Shown: positions 1 through 12,544 of the stretch, piece after piece
Layout: each line of letters begins with the position of its first letter
Position numbering within the stretch: the first letter of the stretch is position 1
Source: Mobula hypostoma
Taxonomy: Eukaryota
NCBI RefSeq assembly: GCF_963921235.1
Contig: NC_086101.1
Coordinates: forward strand, 8,744,001 to 8,808,000
DNA length: 64,000 nt
Direction of reading: 5' to 3'
Position numbers and translations under genes: made by a program
Notes under the pieces: generated by a model
Database searches by the model: none
Told to the model about the DNA's origin: nothing
What the model saw: only the letters and a program-made list of their open reading frames with translations

Positions 1-1268
1 TAAAAACGAGATAGCTTATCCTTAGTCATATGACCCCAATGGACCACTTTAAATTGTAGGAGGGAGTGACAGGCACACAACGGTGAGGTATTAACCTATT
101 TAAAAATTTCATTCCACGTTTCCTCAGAAATTGAAATCTGTAAATCCAGGAGGAGAAGATGGCAACACGACACAGCGTGCAGCAGCTACTCCGGTGATGA
201 ACATCTGTTATCTGTCAAGTAGGGTGCCGTGCACAATCCTGATTGATGGAGACAGACGTGAGAGCACGGAAGAACATCTGGTTGAACTTCTGAAATGCCT
301 GTTTCGCTGCCACTGTCGCTGTGTGACCCTGAATCTCGGGAGGGGAAGGCCCTGAGTTGTCGGCTTTGCTTGTTGCTCGGCGGCCAGGGTGGGGTCAAAG
401 CGCTCGGCAGAGATGGTGCTCGGTGCTCAGTGTCGGAGGCTCGACGTTTTCAGACGGACTCTGAGTCGGCTGTGGTCGGGTGCTTCCAGGGTGCTGCATC
501 GGCAAGTTTGCGGCGCTGGAGGTTCATGGCGGGGAGAGTTTCTCCCTTCTATCGTCTGCGTGAGATAATGGGCTATCGGGACTTTGAGACTTTTTTTTAC
601 CGTGCCCATGGTCTGCTCTTTATCAAATTACGGTATTGCTTTGCACTGTTGTAACTATATGTTATAATTATGTGGTTTTTGTCAGTTTTAGTCTTGGTCT
701 GTCCTGTGGTTCTGTGATACTGGAGAAAGATTGTATCATTTCTTAATGCATGCATTTCTAAATGACAATAAATGAGGACTGAGTGTCCTCATAATCTAAA
801 TAAATCTAAATCTAAATAAATCTTGTTCCCAGAGATTTTTAATTTTGTCTAAAGGAACGTTTCTCATTCCCAACAACATACTGTAAATATTAGATATTGA
901 TGCATTATGAAAAGGTTTCAAATTAAAAATTACATCTAATAAATTCTTATCAGGACTTTCAGGAAATGTGTGCAATTGAGATCACAGAGTCTCTAATTTG
1001 TAAATATCAAAAAAGTGGGTTTTTGGTAAGCTATATTTAGCTGACAGCTGCTCAAACGAAAAGAGACATCCTCCAACAAATAAATGCTGGAAGCATTTAA
1101 TACCCGGTCTATCCCAATCTTTAAAAATTACATCACTCATAGAAGGTTTAAAAAAATAGAAAAAATGGGATTTGAAATAGAAAATCTCAATAAACCAAAA
1201 TATTTTCTAAATTGTACCCAAATCCTCTAAGTATATTTAACTACAAAACGATCATTTAGTTTACTTAA
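1..1268 (-). mobile_element. Decayed L1-clade ORF2 C-terminal fragment, split by the 147-816 insertion
   Basis: Reverse strand translates, with frameshifts, to RIWVQFRKYFG..SFEQLSAKYSLPKTHFF..WEQDLQISISEETWNEIFK..LQFKVVH. Confidence 0.8.
147..816 (+). mobile_element. Non-autonomous retroposon with GC-rich head and (AATCTA)-like tail
   Basis: Head GGAGAAGATGGC, AATAAA and a simple-repeat tail. TSD TAAATC at 141-146 and 817-822; removing the insert restores the L1 peptide WEQDLQISIS. Confidence 0.75.
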
Positions 1269-3924
1269 AGGGGGTGGATGTCAGGGAGGAATTGCGAGAG
1301 GTGAAGGGCCGGCAAACCCAGCACCTTGCCGCCGAATCCTCCAAGATCATCTTCCGATCAAGGGTCCAAACCGTGGAGCAGGACGAGACGTGCTCACGCT
1401 TCTTCTTCCAGAAGGTGCACAGGGGGAGCTCTGTGATCCACAACCTTAAGGAAGAGGACGGCTCAGTCACGTCCTCGCAGACCGACATACTGAGGATCTG
1501 CAAGTCCTTCTATGCCGGTCTGTACGACGAAAAGGCTACAGAATCCACAGCCTCCCGCAACTTCCTCTCGTCTATCACGCAGGTATTAGACGACGGCAAG
1601 CGGGAGAGTCTGGATCAGCCACTGACCCTGGACGAGCTGACAGGCTCCATCCGTTCCTTTGGGTCGGGTAAGACTCCCGGAAGCGACGGCTTACCGGCTG
1701 AGTTGTACTCGGCTCTGTGGAACTGGATGGGCCCAGACCTGCTGGAAGTGTACAACGCTATGCTTCTGGCCGGCAGCATGTCAGAGTCCATGAGGAAGGG
1801 CATCATCACCCTCATCTACAAGCAGAAGGGGGAAAGGGATACCTTTAGGAATTGGAGGCCCATCTCTCTCCTGAATGTGGATTACAAGATCCTGTCCAAG
1901 GCTATCACCAACAGGGTCAAGTTTACTCTGGGACAGGTGATCCACCCGGACCAAACCTGTGCTGTTCCGGGCAGGAAGATCTCAGACAGCCTCACGCTGC
2001 TGAGGGACACCATCGCCTACGTGCAGGACAGTGGGTTGAACGCCTGCCTGGTCAGCTTGGACCAGGAGAAAGCCTTCGACGGGATATCGCACACGTACAT
2101 GGCGGACGTGATCTGCAAAATGGGATTTGGGGAGGGAATCCGGAATTGGATCAGACTGCTCTACACAGACATCCGTAGTGCAGTCCAGGTCAACGGGTGG
2201 GAAACAGACAGCTTCCCCATCAGGTCTGGAGTCAGGCAGGGCTGTCCCCTCTCCCCTGTCTTGTTTGTGTGCTGCATTGAACCCTTCGCCGAAGCCATCA
2301 GGAGGGATGAGGGCATAAGAGGGGTGATGATGCCAGGGAGTGGAGGGACCCAAGTGAAAACCTCTCTGTACATGGACGACGTCACCGTCTTCTGCTCTGA
2401 TCCGAGGTCAGTTCGTAGGTTGATTGGCACCTGCGAACAGTTCGAGCTAGCGTCGGGGGCCACGGTCAGCCGCACGAAGAGCAAAGCCATGCTCTTCGGC
2501 AACTGGCCCGACCGATCCAGCGTCCCCTTCACCATCAGGTCTGATCACGTGAAGGTGTTGGGGATCTGGGTTGGAGGGGCTGAGGCGTGCAACAAGAACT
2601 GGCAGGAGCGGACTGCCAAGATGAAACAGAAACTGGGTCTGTGGGGAGGGCACTCCCTGTCGATAACGGGCAAGAACCTGGTCATCAGGTGTGAGGTGCT
2701 CTCAGGGCTGCTGTACTTGGCGCAGATCTGGCCCGTCCCCCGCTCCTACAGCTCGGAAATCACCTGAGCAATCTTCAGAATCGTCTGGAGATGGAGTGGG
2801 TCAGACAGACCGTCATGCACAAGTTCCTGGACAATGGGGGCAAGAACGTCCCCAATGTCGCCCTCACCCTGATGGCCAGCTTCGTGTGTGGCTGCATCAG
2901 GTTGTGTGTAGAACCCAGGTACGTGGGCACCAAGTACCACTATGTGCCCAGGTTCTACTTGTCGCCCTGGCTACGAAGGATGGGTCTGGCCCCACTCCCG
3001 TGCAATGCCCCAGTCAGCTGGTCGTTGCCGGCATACCTGTCCTTCGTAGGAAAGTTCTTCCAGGAGAACGCCTTTGACCACAGGGCCATCAGGCAGTGGT
3101 CGGCACGTAGTGTCCTGCAGGCACTGCAGGAGAAGGACGTGATGGACACAGTGGGGTGGTTCCCCGAGCAGACCGTCCAGTTCATCTGGCAAAATGCCTC
3201 ATCGCCAGACCTCACCAACAGGCACCAGGACCTCGCCTGGCTGGATGTGAGAGGGGCCCTCCCAGTCAGATCCCTCCTGTATGCCCGGAACGTCACCTCC
3301 ACACCCCGCTGCCCACGGGAGGATTGCAGTGAGGAGGAGTCTGTGACCCACCCCTTTGCACACTGTGAGTTCGCAGAGAGGGTGTGGAGAAGGATGGACG
3401 GGCTAGCATCACGTTTCATCCCCAGCAGCTGCGTAACAGAGGACTCTCTGATCTATGGGCTGTTCCCGGGGGACGCACACAGAGACCAACGTCCGGTGCT
3501 GCTGGCAGATCATCAACTCGGTGAAAGACGCTCTTTGGTCGCCCCGGAACTTGATGATCTACCAGCACATGGAGATGTCCGTGGGAGAATGCTGCCGACT
3601 GGCACATTCTCGGCTGCAGGAGTACGTGCTGAGGGACGCACTGAAACTCGGTGCAGCCACCGCAAGGGCCCGGTGGGGAAGGACCACAGTATAGGTTTCT
3701 CCACCCGTGGGAGTGGGAGGGGTCGGAGGGCGGGGAATATACCCCTCAACAATGATATGGTAAGCTGAACTACTGGAGTGCCACGTGGGTGGCCAAAAGT
3801 ATGGATATGCAGAGACCATAAGGGAAACGTATGTACTGTATAGGTAAAGGATTGAGAGTCATTGAATGGTTTATTGTATATAATTTCATTGTTGAATAAA
3901 GCATATTTTGAAATTTAAAAGAAA
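1269..3924 (+). mobile_element. Tx1-clade LINE, 5'-truncated, disrupted ORF2 (RT and C-terminal zinc finger)
   Basis: NWRPISLLNVDYKIL, LDQEKAFD, GVRQGCPLSP, YMDD. Premature TGA at 2765 and later frameshifts; end stop 3692-3694; AATAAA and A-rich tail. Confidence 0.92.
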
Positions 3925-3945
3925 TATTGGAGGTCAAATTATTTC

Positions 3946-4511
3946 TTATACTGACTTACTCCTGACGCCGGTCCCGGGACCCGACCCGTTTACAGACCCG
4001 GAGCAGATTCTCAGCCAATGGTTTTGATCCCAAGTCCAGAACAAAGGATAAAGTTTCCCCGTGAATTTATTCCCAGTGAAGGTGTGGAGATGGGACTTGG
4101 ACTCCGCGTTGTAAAATGAAACTGTCCCGGACTCGTAACTGAGATAAACTCCCACCCTCCCGGGGATGGGACCGGCAGGGAAATGGGACTCAGGGGAGGT
4201 GTAAGCCAGCATCATGTCATTAACCCGCCCGATGATCCAGAATCCAGTCTCCGGACTCCGTGTGACCCATCCCTTCCTCTCCACAGACTCTGCAGCGACT
4301 CCCAGACACCAGCCCCGATTCCCCGTCACCTCCACCTCCCAGTAATGTCTCCCCGATGTGAATCCCTCCGATCCCAGCACACAAGCAAAGAACATGAACC
4401 TCTTCCCGGTGTCAGGGAGATCCCTCCAGGTCTTGGTCTGTCTCACTCTCTTCCGATCCTCAGATACCTTGAGCTCCAGATGCGCAGTTCCCACATCCAG
4501 GGTGACAGAGA
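3946..4511 (-). CDS. TRIM last exon: PRY-SPRY (B30.2) domain
   Basis: ctccccccag|TCTCTGTC; VTLDVGTAH..VSEDRK, CVLGSEGFTSGRHYWEVEV, GRVGVYLSYESGTVSFYN, HTFTG..LYPLF; TAA at 3946-3948. Confidence 0.95.
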
Positions 4512-5108
4512 CTGGGGGGAGAAGCAGAGAATTAGAGAGGCCCCGGGGATCGGGGGGAGACTCGGGCAGCGCGGCCCCGGGACCGGGCCGGGGGAGAGGC
4601 CGCTGGGCCTCAGGCTCAGTCGTGTGGCCGACAGGACCCTTTCCCGGGGTTTTACCCAAACACAGCGGATGGACAACCAGCATCTTCCTGAGATTATTCC
4701 CCGACATGGAGATCGGATTTTTCCAGATCAACACACACAAAATTCTGGAGGATCTCAGCGGGTCAAGCAGCATGTGTTAAGGTTTACAGTCGATGTTTCA
4801 AGCCGAGACCTTTCCTCAAGATTGGAAAGAAAGACGGGAGATAGCAGTGGAAATGGGTATGAGGAAGGTGGAGAAACACCTGGATACAGATGAGGATGGA
4901 GTGAGTAAACACTGCAGGCATTTAAGAGGAGGTCAGGCAGAATACATCAGTGCCGACCAACTCGCTTTAATGAACTAGTTCAATTTGCCTGTATTTGCCC
5001 ATTATTCCTTTAATCCTTTCCGACCCACGTACCCATCCAGCTGTCTTTTAAATCTCTGTAACTCTATTCACCTCTACGGTTTCCTTTGGCAGCCTCCTGA
5101 ACTCCAGG

Positions 5109-7688
5109 AAAACATAGAACATAGAATAGTACAGCACATTACAGGCCCTTCAGCCCACAACATTGTGCCAACCCTCAAACCCTGCCCCCACCTTAAATTG
5201 CTCCATATCCCTGTCTGGTAGTCTCTTAAACTTCACTAGTGTATCTGCCTCCACCACTGACTCAGGCAGTGCATTCCACGCACCAACCACTCTCTGAGTA
5301 AAAAACCTTCCTCTAATATCCCCCTTGAACTTCCCACCCCTTACCTTAAAGCCACGTCCTCTTATATTGAGCAGTGGTGCCCTGGGGAAGAGGCGCTGGC
5401 TATCCACTCTATCTATTCCTCTTAATATCTTGTACACATCTATCATGTCTCCTCTCATCCTCCTTCTCTCCAAAGAGTAAAGCCCTAGCTCCCTTAATCG
5501 GTGATCATAATGCATACTCTCTTAACCAGGCAGCATCCTGGTAAATCTCCTCTGTACCCTTTCCAATGCTTCCACATCCTTCCTATGGTGAGGCGACCAG
5601 AACTGGACACAGTACTCCAAGTGTGGCCTAGCAGAGTTTTGTAGAGCTGCATCATTACATCGCGACTCTTAAAATCTGTCCCTCGACTTATGAAAGCTAA
5701 CACCCCATAAGTTTTCTTAACAACCCTAGCTACCTGTGAGGCAACTTTCAGGGATCTGTAGACATCTACCCCCAGATCCCTCCGCTCCTCCACACTAACA
5801 AGTATCCTGCCATTTACTTTGTGCTCTGCCTTGGAGTTTGTCCTTCCAAACTGTACCACCTCACATTTCTCCAGATTGAACTCCATCTGCCACTTCTCAG
5901 CCCACTTCTGCATCCTATCAATGTCTCTCTTCAATCTTTGACAATCCTCTGCACTATCTACAACACCACCAACCTTTGTGTTGTCTGCAAACTTGCCAAC
6001 CCACTCTTCTACCCCCACATCCAGGTCGTTAAGATGAATCACGAAAAGTAGAGGTCCAGGAACAGATCCTTGTGGGGCACCAGTAGTCACAATCCTCCAA
6101 TCTGAATATACTCCCTCCACCACGACCCTTTGCCTTCTGCAGGCAAGCCAATTCTGAATCCACTTGGCCAAACTTCCCTGGATCGCATGCCTACTGACTT
6201 TCTGAATAAGCCTAACGTGTGGAACCTTGTCAAATGCCTTATTAAAATCCATATAGATCACATCCACTGCACTACCCTCATCTATATGCCTGGTCACCTC
6301 CTCAAAGAACTCTATCAGGCTTGTTAGACACGATCTGCCCTTCACAAAGCCATGCTGACTGTCCCTGATCAGACCATGATTCTCTAAATGCCCAGATATC
6401 CAATCTCTGAGAATCTTTTCCAATAGGTTTCCCACCACAGACGTAAGGCTCACTGGTCTATAATTACCCAGACTATCCCTACTACCTTTTTTGAACAAGG
6501 GGACAACATTCACCTCCCTCCAATCCTCCGGTACCATTCCCGTGGACAACGAGGACATAAAAACCCTAGCCGGAGGCTCAGCAATCTCTTCCCTTGCCTC
6601 GTGGAGCAGCCTGGGGAATATTCCGTCAGGCCCCGGGGACTTATCCATCCTAATGTATCTTAACAACTCCAATACCTCCTCTCCCTTAATATCAACATGC
6701 CCCGGAACATCAACCTCACTCATATTGTCCTCACCATCATCAAGTTCCCTCTAATTGGTGAAGACCAAAGAGAAGTATTCATTGAAGATCTCGCTCATTT
6801 CCACAGCCTCCAGGCACATCTTCCCACCTTTATCTCTAATCGGTCCTACCTTCACTCCTGTCATCCTTTTTTTCTTCACATAATTGAAGAGTGCCTCGGG
6901 GTTTTCCTTTACTCTAGTCACCAAGGCCTTCTCATGCCCCCTTCTTGCTCTTCTCAGCTCCTTCTTAAGCTCCTATCTTGCTTCCCTATATTCCTCAATG
7001 GACCCATCTGATCCTTGCTTCCTAAACCTCATGTACGCTGCCTTCTTCCATCTGACTAGATTTTCCACCTCACTTGTCACCCATGGTTCCTTCACCCTAC
7101 CATTCTTTATCTTCCTCACTGGGACAAATTTATTCCTAACATCCTGTAAGAGATCTTTAAACATCGACCACATGTCCGTAGTACATTTCTCTGCAAAAAC
7201 ATCATCCCAATTCACACCCATAAGTTCTCGCCTTATATCCTCATAATTTGCCCTTCCCCAGTTAAAAATTTTCCTGTCCTCTCTGATTTTATCCTTTTCC
7301 ATGATATTGCTAAAGGCCAGGGAGCAGTGATCACTGTCCCCCAGATGCTCACCAACTGAGAGATGTGCGACCTAACCCCGTTCATTACCTAATACTAGAT
7401 CTAGTATGGCATTCCACTAGTCCGCCTGTCCATGTACTGTGACAGGAATCCGTCCTGGACACACTTAACAAACTCTGCCCCATTTAAACCCTTGGAACTA
7501 ATCAGGTGCCAATTATTATTAAGGAAGTTAAAGTCACCCATGATAACAACCCTGTTATTTTTGCACCTTTCCAAAATCTACCTCCAAATCTGCTCCTCTG
7601 TATCTCTGCTGCTACCCGGAGGCCTATAGAATACCCCCAATAGAGTAACTGCTTCCTTCCAGTTCCTGACTTCCACTCATACTGACTC
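5109..7688 (-). mobile_element. CR1 LINE (young subfamily A), 5'-truncated, frameshifted
   Basis: RT motifs KSPGPDG, NYRPVSLTS, FADN; (TTCTATG)n tail at about 5110. Confidence 0.95.
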
Positions 7689-8094
7689 TGCAGAATTCTT
7701 CCTGTTTATGATAATGGGAACCATGAGGGGAGAGATGAATGGCAGATGGAATTGGAACCAGATGGGGAGGGGGTGGAAAGCCTGTGGTGAACTATGTGTG
7801 TCGATGGAAACAGAAGGTGAAAGAGAATGAATATGGGTGATAAGGGTCCCTTTGTCTTCTTTCCCACAAACCCACTCCCCACAGCCCCTCATTAGGACAG
7901 AGGATGAATTTGCAGAGACTCTGGCAGATATATTTGCTTCACATTTCACCACAGGTGAGCTGCTGGAGGGTGGCTCAGTCTGAGCCTTCAGCTTCTCCCA
8001 TCATTCACCGAGGTCAATGCTGATCGGTGTGTCCGGGCTCAGTCTGACGATGCGTCAATGTGCTGGTTTGATAACAACAGTGAGACTCGCGAGT

Positions 8095-8108
8095 CCAGCA
8101 GGGGGCAG
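8095..8108 (+). promoter_or_regulatory. CTCF core motif in TRIM intron 5
   Basis: CCAGCAGGGGGCAG matches the CTCF consensus; TGAGTCA (AP-1 motif) follows immediately. Confidence 0.5.
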
Positions 8109-8548
8109 AGCTGAGTCAATCAGACTGCGGTCACGGACAGGTCAGACAGGGTGAGCGGCACGAAGGACTGGAGTATTTTTCTGACAATCCCTGTCACCAC
8201 AGTGATAGCAGATTTTATCCCCTTTAACGTCTTTGATGGAATATTAATTCCAGAGCTACTGTGGCAGGATTCAAGAGCATGCATGGACATATTTTTCTGG
8301 TATGAGTGGGATCAGGATGCTGTGGTTGATCTAACAGTCCTGCGAAGCGGTTATATTTTGCCCCAGTGTTGGTGTGTTCAAGGTTCCGACTTCTCCAGAT
8401 GATCACGTGACAGTGATGCCTCCCTGCAGGTGGGGTTGGTGTCAGAAAAACTTCAGTTCCCCTTCAGCCTATTATTACAGCCAAATTTTGTGTCTAATTA
8501 TTAATTAATTGTGTCTGGAACAAGAGAAAAAGAATCTATATGTTTTAC

Positions 8549-8667
8549 CTCGTTTAATGCTGTCAAACGCTTCTCCCAAAGTTATGTTGAACAAATAGGG
8601 GTGATAGAATTTTTCAGCCAGTCGGGCACAATCTGTCACTGACAGTGACTGGGCATCATCACTGATC
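8549..8667 (-). CDS. TRIM coding exon 5 (linker), 119 nt
   Basis: atttacag|GATCAGT...AAACGAG|gtaaaa; phase 2-1, open frame ISDDAQSLSVTDCARLAEKFYHPYLFNITLGEAFDSIKR, compatible with both neighbouring exons. Confidence 0.85.
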
Positions 8668-8763
8668 CTGTAAATATTATACAGCTGGTTATAAACTGAG
8701 CATCAGCAAAGTTTGAACTATTTTACAAATCTATCCAGAGTTTCAGTAAAGACCATGTCCTAC

Positions 8764-8786
8764 CTCTTCTTCCGACGAGCTTTCTC
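8764..8786 (-). CDS. TRIM coding exon 4 (23-nt micro-exon)
   Basis: ttttatttcag|GAGAAAGCTCGTCGGAAGAAGAG|gtagga; a 23-nt phase 0-2 exon is typical of B30.2 TRIMs. Confidence 0.85.
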
Positions 8787-8878
8787 CTGAAATAAAAAAA
8801 ACACACATCTCAATTGACTGAGACTGACCATTGGCATCGCAATAGCAGGGATCTGAGCTAAGTTATTAAAAGCAGCCG

Positions 8879-9701
8879 GGAGCTGAGGAGGATGATGGTG
8901 CCTAACGGCGACTGCTTTGATCGCATTTTCGGAAACAGCTGTATTTCTATCTTTAGTATCTCTACTTTTCCCTTTCAGGGTTCTTTTGAAGCCGCTGACC
9001 TGGAGTTACACGCTGCCTTTGGTTCTTTGTGGGAATGAGACACACTCCCTGGGTCTCACCACTGGCCGCTGTTCGATATATCGAGGACATGGCCTGGAAG
9101 ACAAGCACGGCTTCAGAGATTCGGGATTATGTGACTCTGGAGGTGGGCAGACTCGAGGTTGGTGCCTCTGTGGGGAATCGGTGTGTCGCGGGAGATAGAA
9201 GATCGAAAGCAACAAGCTGGCTGCCGGCTGTGTGAACTGAGACCTGAGTTCTTTTGGCACAGAGCTTGAAAAAAAAACAACGCAACAGACTTTTAACATT
9301 GTAAATTAGTGAGTTGTTTGTTATGTCTCCCCTCTCGCTGTGAAACGGGTCACTTCATTTTTCCTTTTTAGGGAGAGATGTTGTTATGTTGAATCACTGG
9401 GTGAATGAGTAGTCTTTGGGGTACTGCAAGTCTGTGTCTTTATTGATGCTTTACTGCATGCTTCAGTGCTTGGTGGAGGGTGCTGATGCTTTTTTGCTGG
9501 GGGGAGGGGGTGGTCGTTGCCTTGCTGCTGCTTATGCGTGGGAGGGGGAGCTTGAAGGGGCTTTGGGGTTCTAACATTTAACTGATTCATTCTTTGGGAC
9601 ACTCCTTCATTTTTGTGGATGTTTGTGAAGAAAAAGAATTTCAGGATGTATATTCTATACGTTTCTCTGATATTAAATGTACCTTTTTGAAACTTTGAAA
9701 A
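8879..9701 (+). mobile_element. Non-autonomous LINE-derived retroposon
   Basis: GC-rich head (GAGGATGATGGTGCC), T-rich 3' part, ATTAAA and (TTTGAAAC)-like tail; no coding capacity; boundaries approximate. Confidence 0.55.
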
Positions 9702-10755
9702 CTCCCACTAAACTCACTCCTACTGACACACATGGAGAAAGAGGGACACAGAATTATGGGAGAAAGGACAAGGAATTTTAATGAAAATTATTCCATAACT
9801 GAGAGGATGGAACTTACAGGAGAGACTGGACAGGTTGTGCATTTTTATCTGGATACGATGTCAGGGAGGGTCAGATGGAGGAATTTAACATTCCGAATGG
9901 ATTTGATGGGGTGGGAGTGGAGAAAATATTTCTGTTTTTACGAGACAAAAAGTCAAAGATAAAACATCATTTGGTTGTTAATAAATCTCACAAGAAATGT
10001 GGTGAAGAGGATATCAGAAACACACTCTTAACCTGTGATGGTAACTGGTTGTTACTCTGAGTATCGGGGATATTATATGTGGGAATCACAGAAATGATCA
10101 CCAACTCACTGCGATGATCAGAGTAACTCATTCCCTAGAAGGTTGCAAATAGAACATAGAACATAGAAATGTACAGCACAGTACAGGTCCTTCAGCCCAC
10201 ATTATTGTGCTGACCCTTAAACCCTGCCTCCCATAAAACCCCCCACCTTAATTTCCTCCATATACCTGTCCAGTAGTCTCTTAAACTTCACTAGTGTATC
10301 TGCCTCCACCACTGACTCAGGCAGTGCATTCCACGCACCAACCACTCTCCGAGTAAAAAACCTTCCTCTAATATCCCCCTTGAACTTCCCACCCCTCACC
10401 TTAAAGCCATGTCCTCTTGTATTGAGCAGTGGTGCCCTGGGGAAGAGGTGCTGGCTATCCACTCTATCTATTCCTCTTATTATCTTGTACACCTCTATCA
10501 TGTCTCCGCTCAACCTCCTTCTCTCCAAAGAGTAAAGCCCTAGCTCCCTTAATCTCTGATCATAATGCATACTCTCTAAACCAGGCAGCATCCTGGTAAA
10601 TCTCCTCTGTACCCTTTCCAATGCTTCCACATCCTTCCTATAGTGAGGTGACCAGAACTGGACACAGTTCTCCAAGTGTGGCCTAACCAGAGTTTTATAG
10701 AGCTGCATCATTACCCTGCGACTTTTAAACTCTATCCCTTGAATTATGAAAGCTA

Positions 10756-10842
10756 AAGGGTCTCGGCCTGAAACGTCGACCGCACCTCTTCCTAGAGATG
10801 CTCCCTGGCCTGCTGCGTTCACCAGCAACTTTTATGTGTGTT
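10756..10842 (+). mobile_element. Short Penelope 3'-end fragment inside CR1
   Basis: Matches 24585-24670 of the larger Penelope copy. Confidence 0.85.
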
Positions 10843-11937
10843 ACTCTATAAGCTTTCTTAACTACCCTATCTACCTGTGAGGCAACTTTCTGAGATCTGT
10901 GGACATGTACCCCCAGATCCCCCTGCTCCTCCGCACTTCCAAGTATCCTGCCATTTACTTTGTACTCTGCCTTGGAGTTTGTCCTTCCAAAGTGTACCAC
11001 CTCACATTTCTCCGGGTTGAACTCTATCTGGCACTTCGCAGCCCACTTCTGCATCCTATCAACGTCTCTCTGCAATCTTCGACAATCCTCTACACTGTCC
11101 ACAACACCACAAACCTTTGTGTTGTCTGCAAACTTGCCAACCAACCCTTCTACCCCAACATCCAGGTTGTTAATAAGAATCATGAAAAATAGAGGTCCCA
11201 GAACAGATCCTTGTGGGACACCACTAGTCACAATCCTCCAATCTGAATGTACTCCCTCCACCACGACCCTCTGCTTTCTGCAGGCAAGCCAATTCTGAAT
11301 CCACCTGGCCAAACTTCCCTGGATCCCATGTCTTCTGACTTTCTGAATAAGCCTACCGTGTGGAACCTTGTCAAATGCCTTACTAAAATCCATATAGATC
11401 ACATCCACTGGACTACCCTCATCTATATGCCTGGTCACCTCCTCAAAGAACTCTATCAGGCTTGTTAGACATTATCTGCCCTTCACAAAGCCATGCTGAC
11501 TGTCCCTGATCAGACCATGATTCTCTACATGCCCATAGATCCTATCTCTAAGAATCTTTTCCAACAGCTTTCCCACCACAGACATAAGGCTTACTGGTCT
11601 ATAATTACCCGGACTATCCCTACTATCTTTTTTGAACAAGGGGATAACTTTCACCTCCCTCCAATGCTCCAGTACCATTCCCGTGGACAACAAGGACATA
11701 AAGATCCTAGACAGAGGCTCAGCAATCTCTTCCCTTGTCTCGTGGAGCAGCCTGGGGAATATTCCGTCAGGCCCCGGGGACTTATCCGTCCTAATGTATT
11801 TTAACAACTCCAACACCTCCTCTCCCTTAATATCAACATGCTCCAGAACATCAACCTCACTCATATTGTCCTCACCGTCATCAAGTTCCCTCTCATTGGT
11901 GAATACCGAAGAGGATTATTCATTGAGGTCCTCACTC

Positions 11938-12544
11938 TGATGGAGTGAAAGGATAGATAAATGGGGGTATAGACTAAGAACAGTGATTAACTAGTGATCA
12001 ATCACCTTGTGGGGGCCTTAGTTTACTGTTTTGGACAGTCAAAAAAGCAGCTTTACGCAGCAACCAGTGACGTACTAGTCATCGTTCTCTAAAGATAGGC
12101 AAAGGCTCAAATAAGGAACGATCTGATCTTGCAGAAGCAGCTCAAGGTATAGCTAAATATGGGAGGGGTGAGGTAACGGCTAGAATGTTCTTGAGAAAAG
12201 GGGAGGGGTCCGAATGAGGAACTGATGGGCTGGCGTTGGCTTAAAATAATTAGAACTAATTGACCAATGATTATCTTACATCTAATTGTATCTTAGCATG
12301 TGATTGAAATGACTCTAATATTGTCTAAACTTGTAATCGTAAGATTTCCTGCGACCTGATCAATGTTATAAATTGTGGAGAATTGTGTAATTCGAGGGCA
12401 GTGTCTGGACTGGCTCTTTTGGGAGATCAGTCTGTAACTTCCCCCATAGCATGCTATGAGTAAAGAATAAAGCTTTGAAAAAAGATACGTGCGTTAGTGT
12501 ATTTGTGGTACAATTGTCTTCGCATTTGTCGGTTCAGTACGACA
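11938..12544 (+). mobile_element. Solo LTR (ERV1- or Gypsy-like) inside CR1
   Basis: TG...CA ends, 4-bp TSD ACTC/GCTC, TATAAA near 12367, AATAAA near 12467; CR1 is continuous across it. Confidence 0.85.

Noticed and set aside
4512..4773. N-terminal part of the 275-aa PRY-SPRY ORF
   Set aside because: Intronic read-through upstream of the acceptor at 4512-4514.
8151..8406. Short ORFs in TRIM intron 5
   Set aside because: No homology or splice support; exons 5 and 6 join in frame without them.
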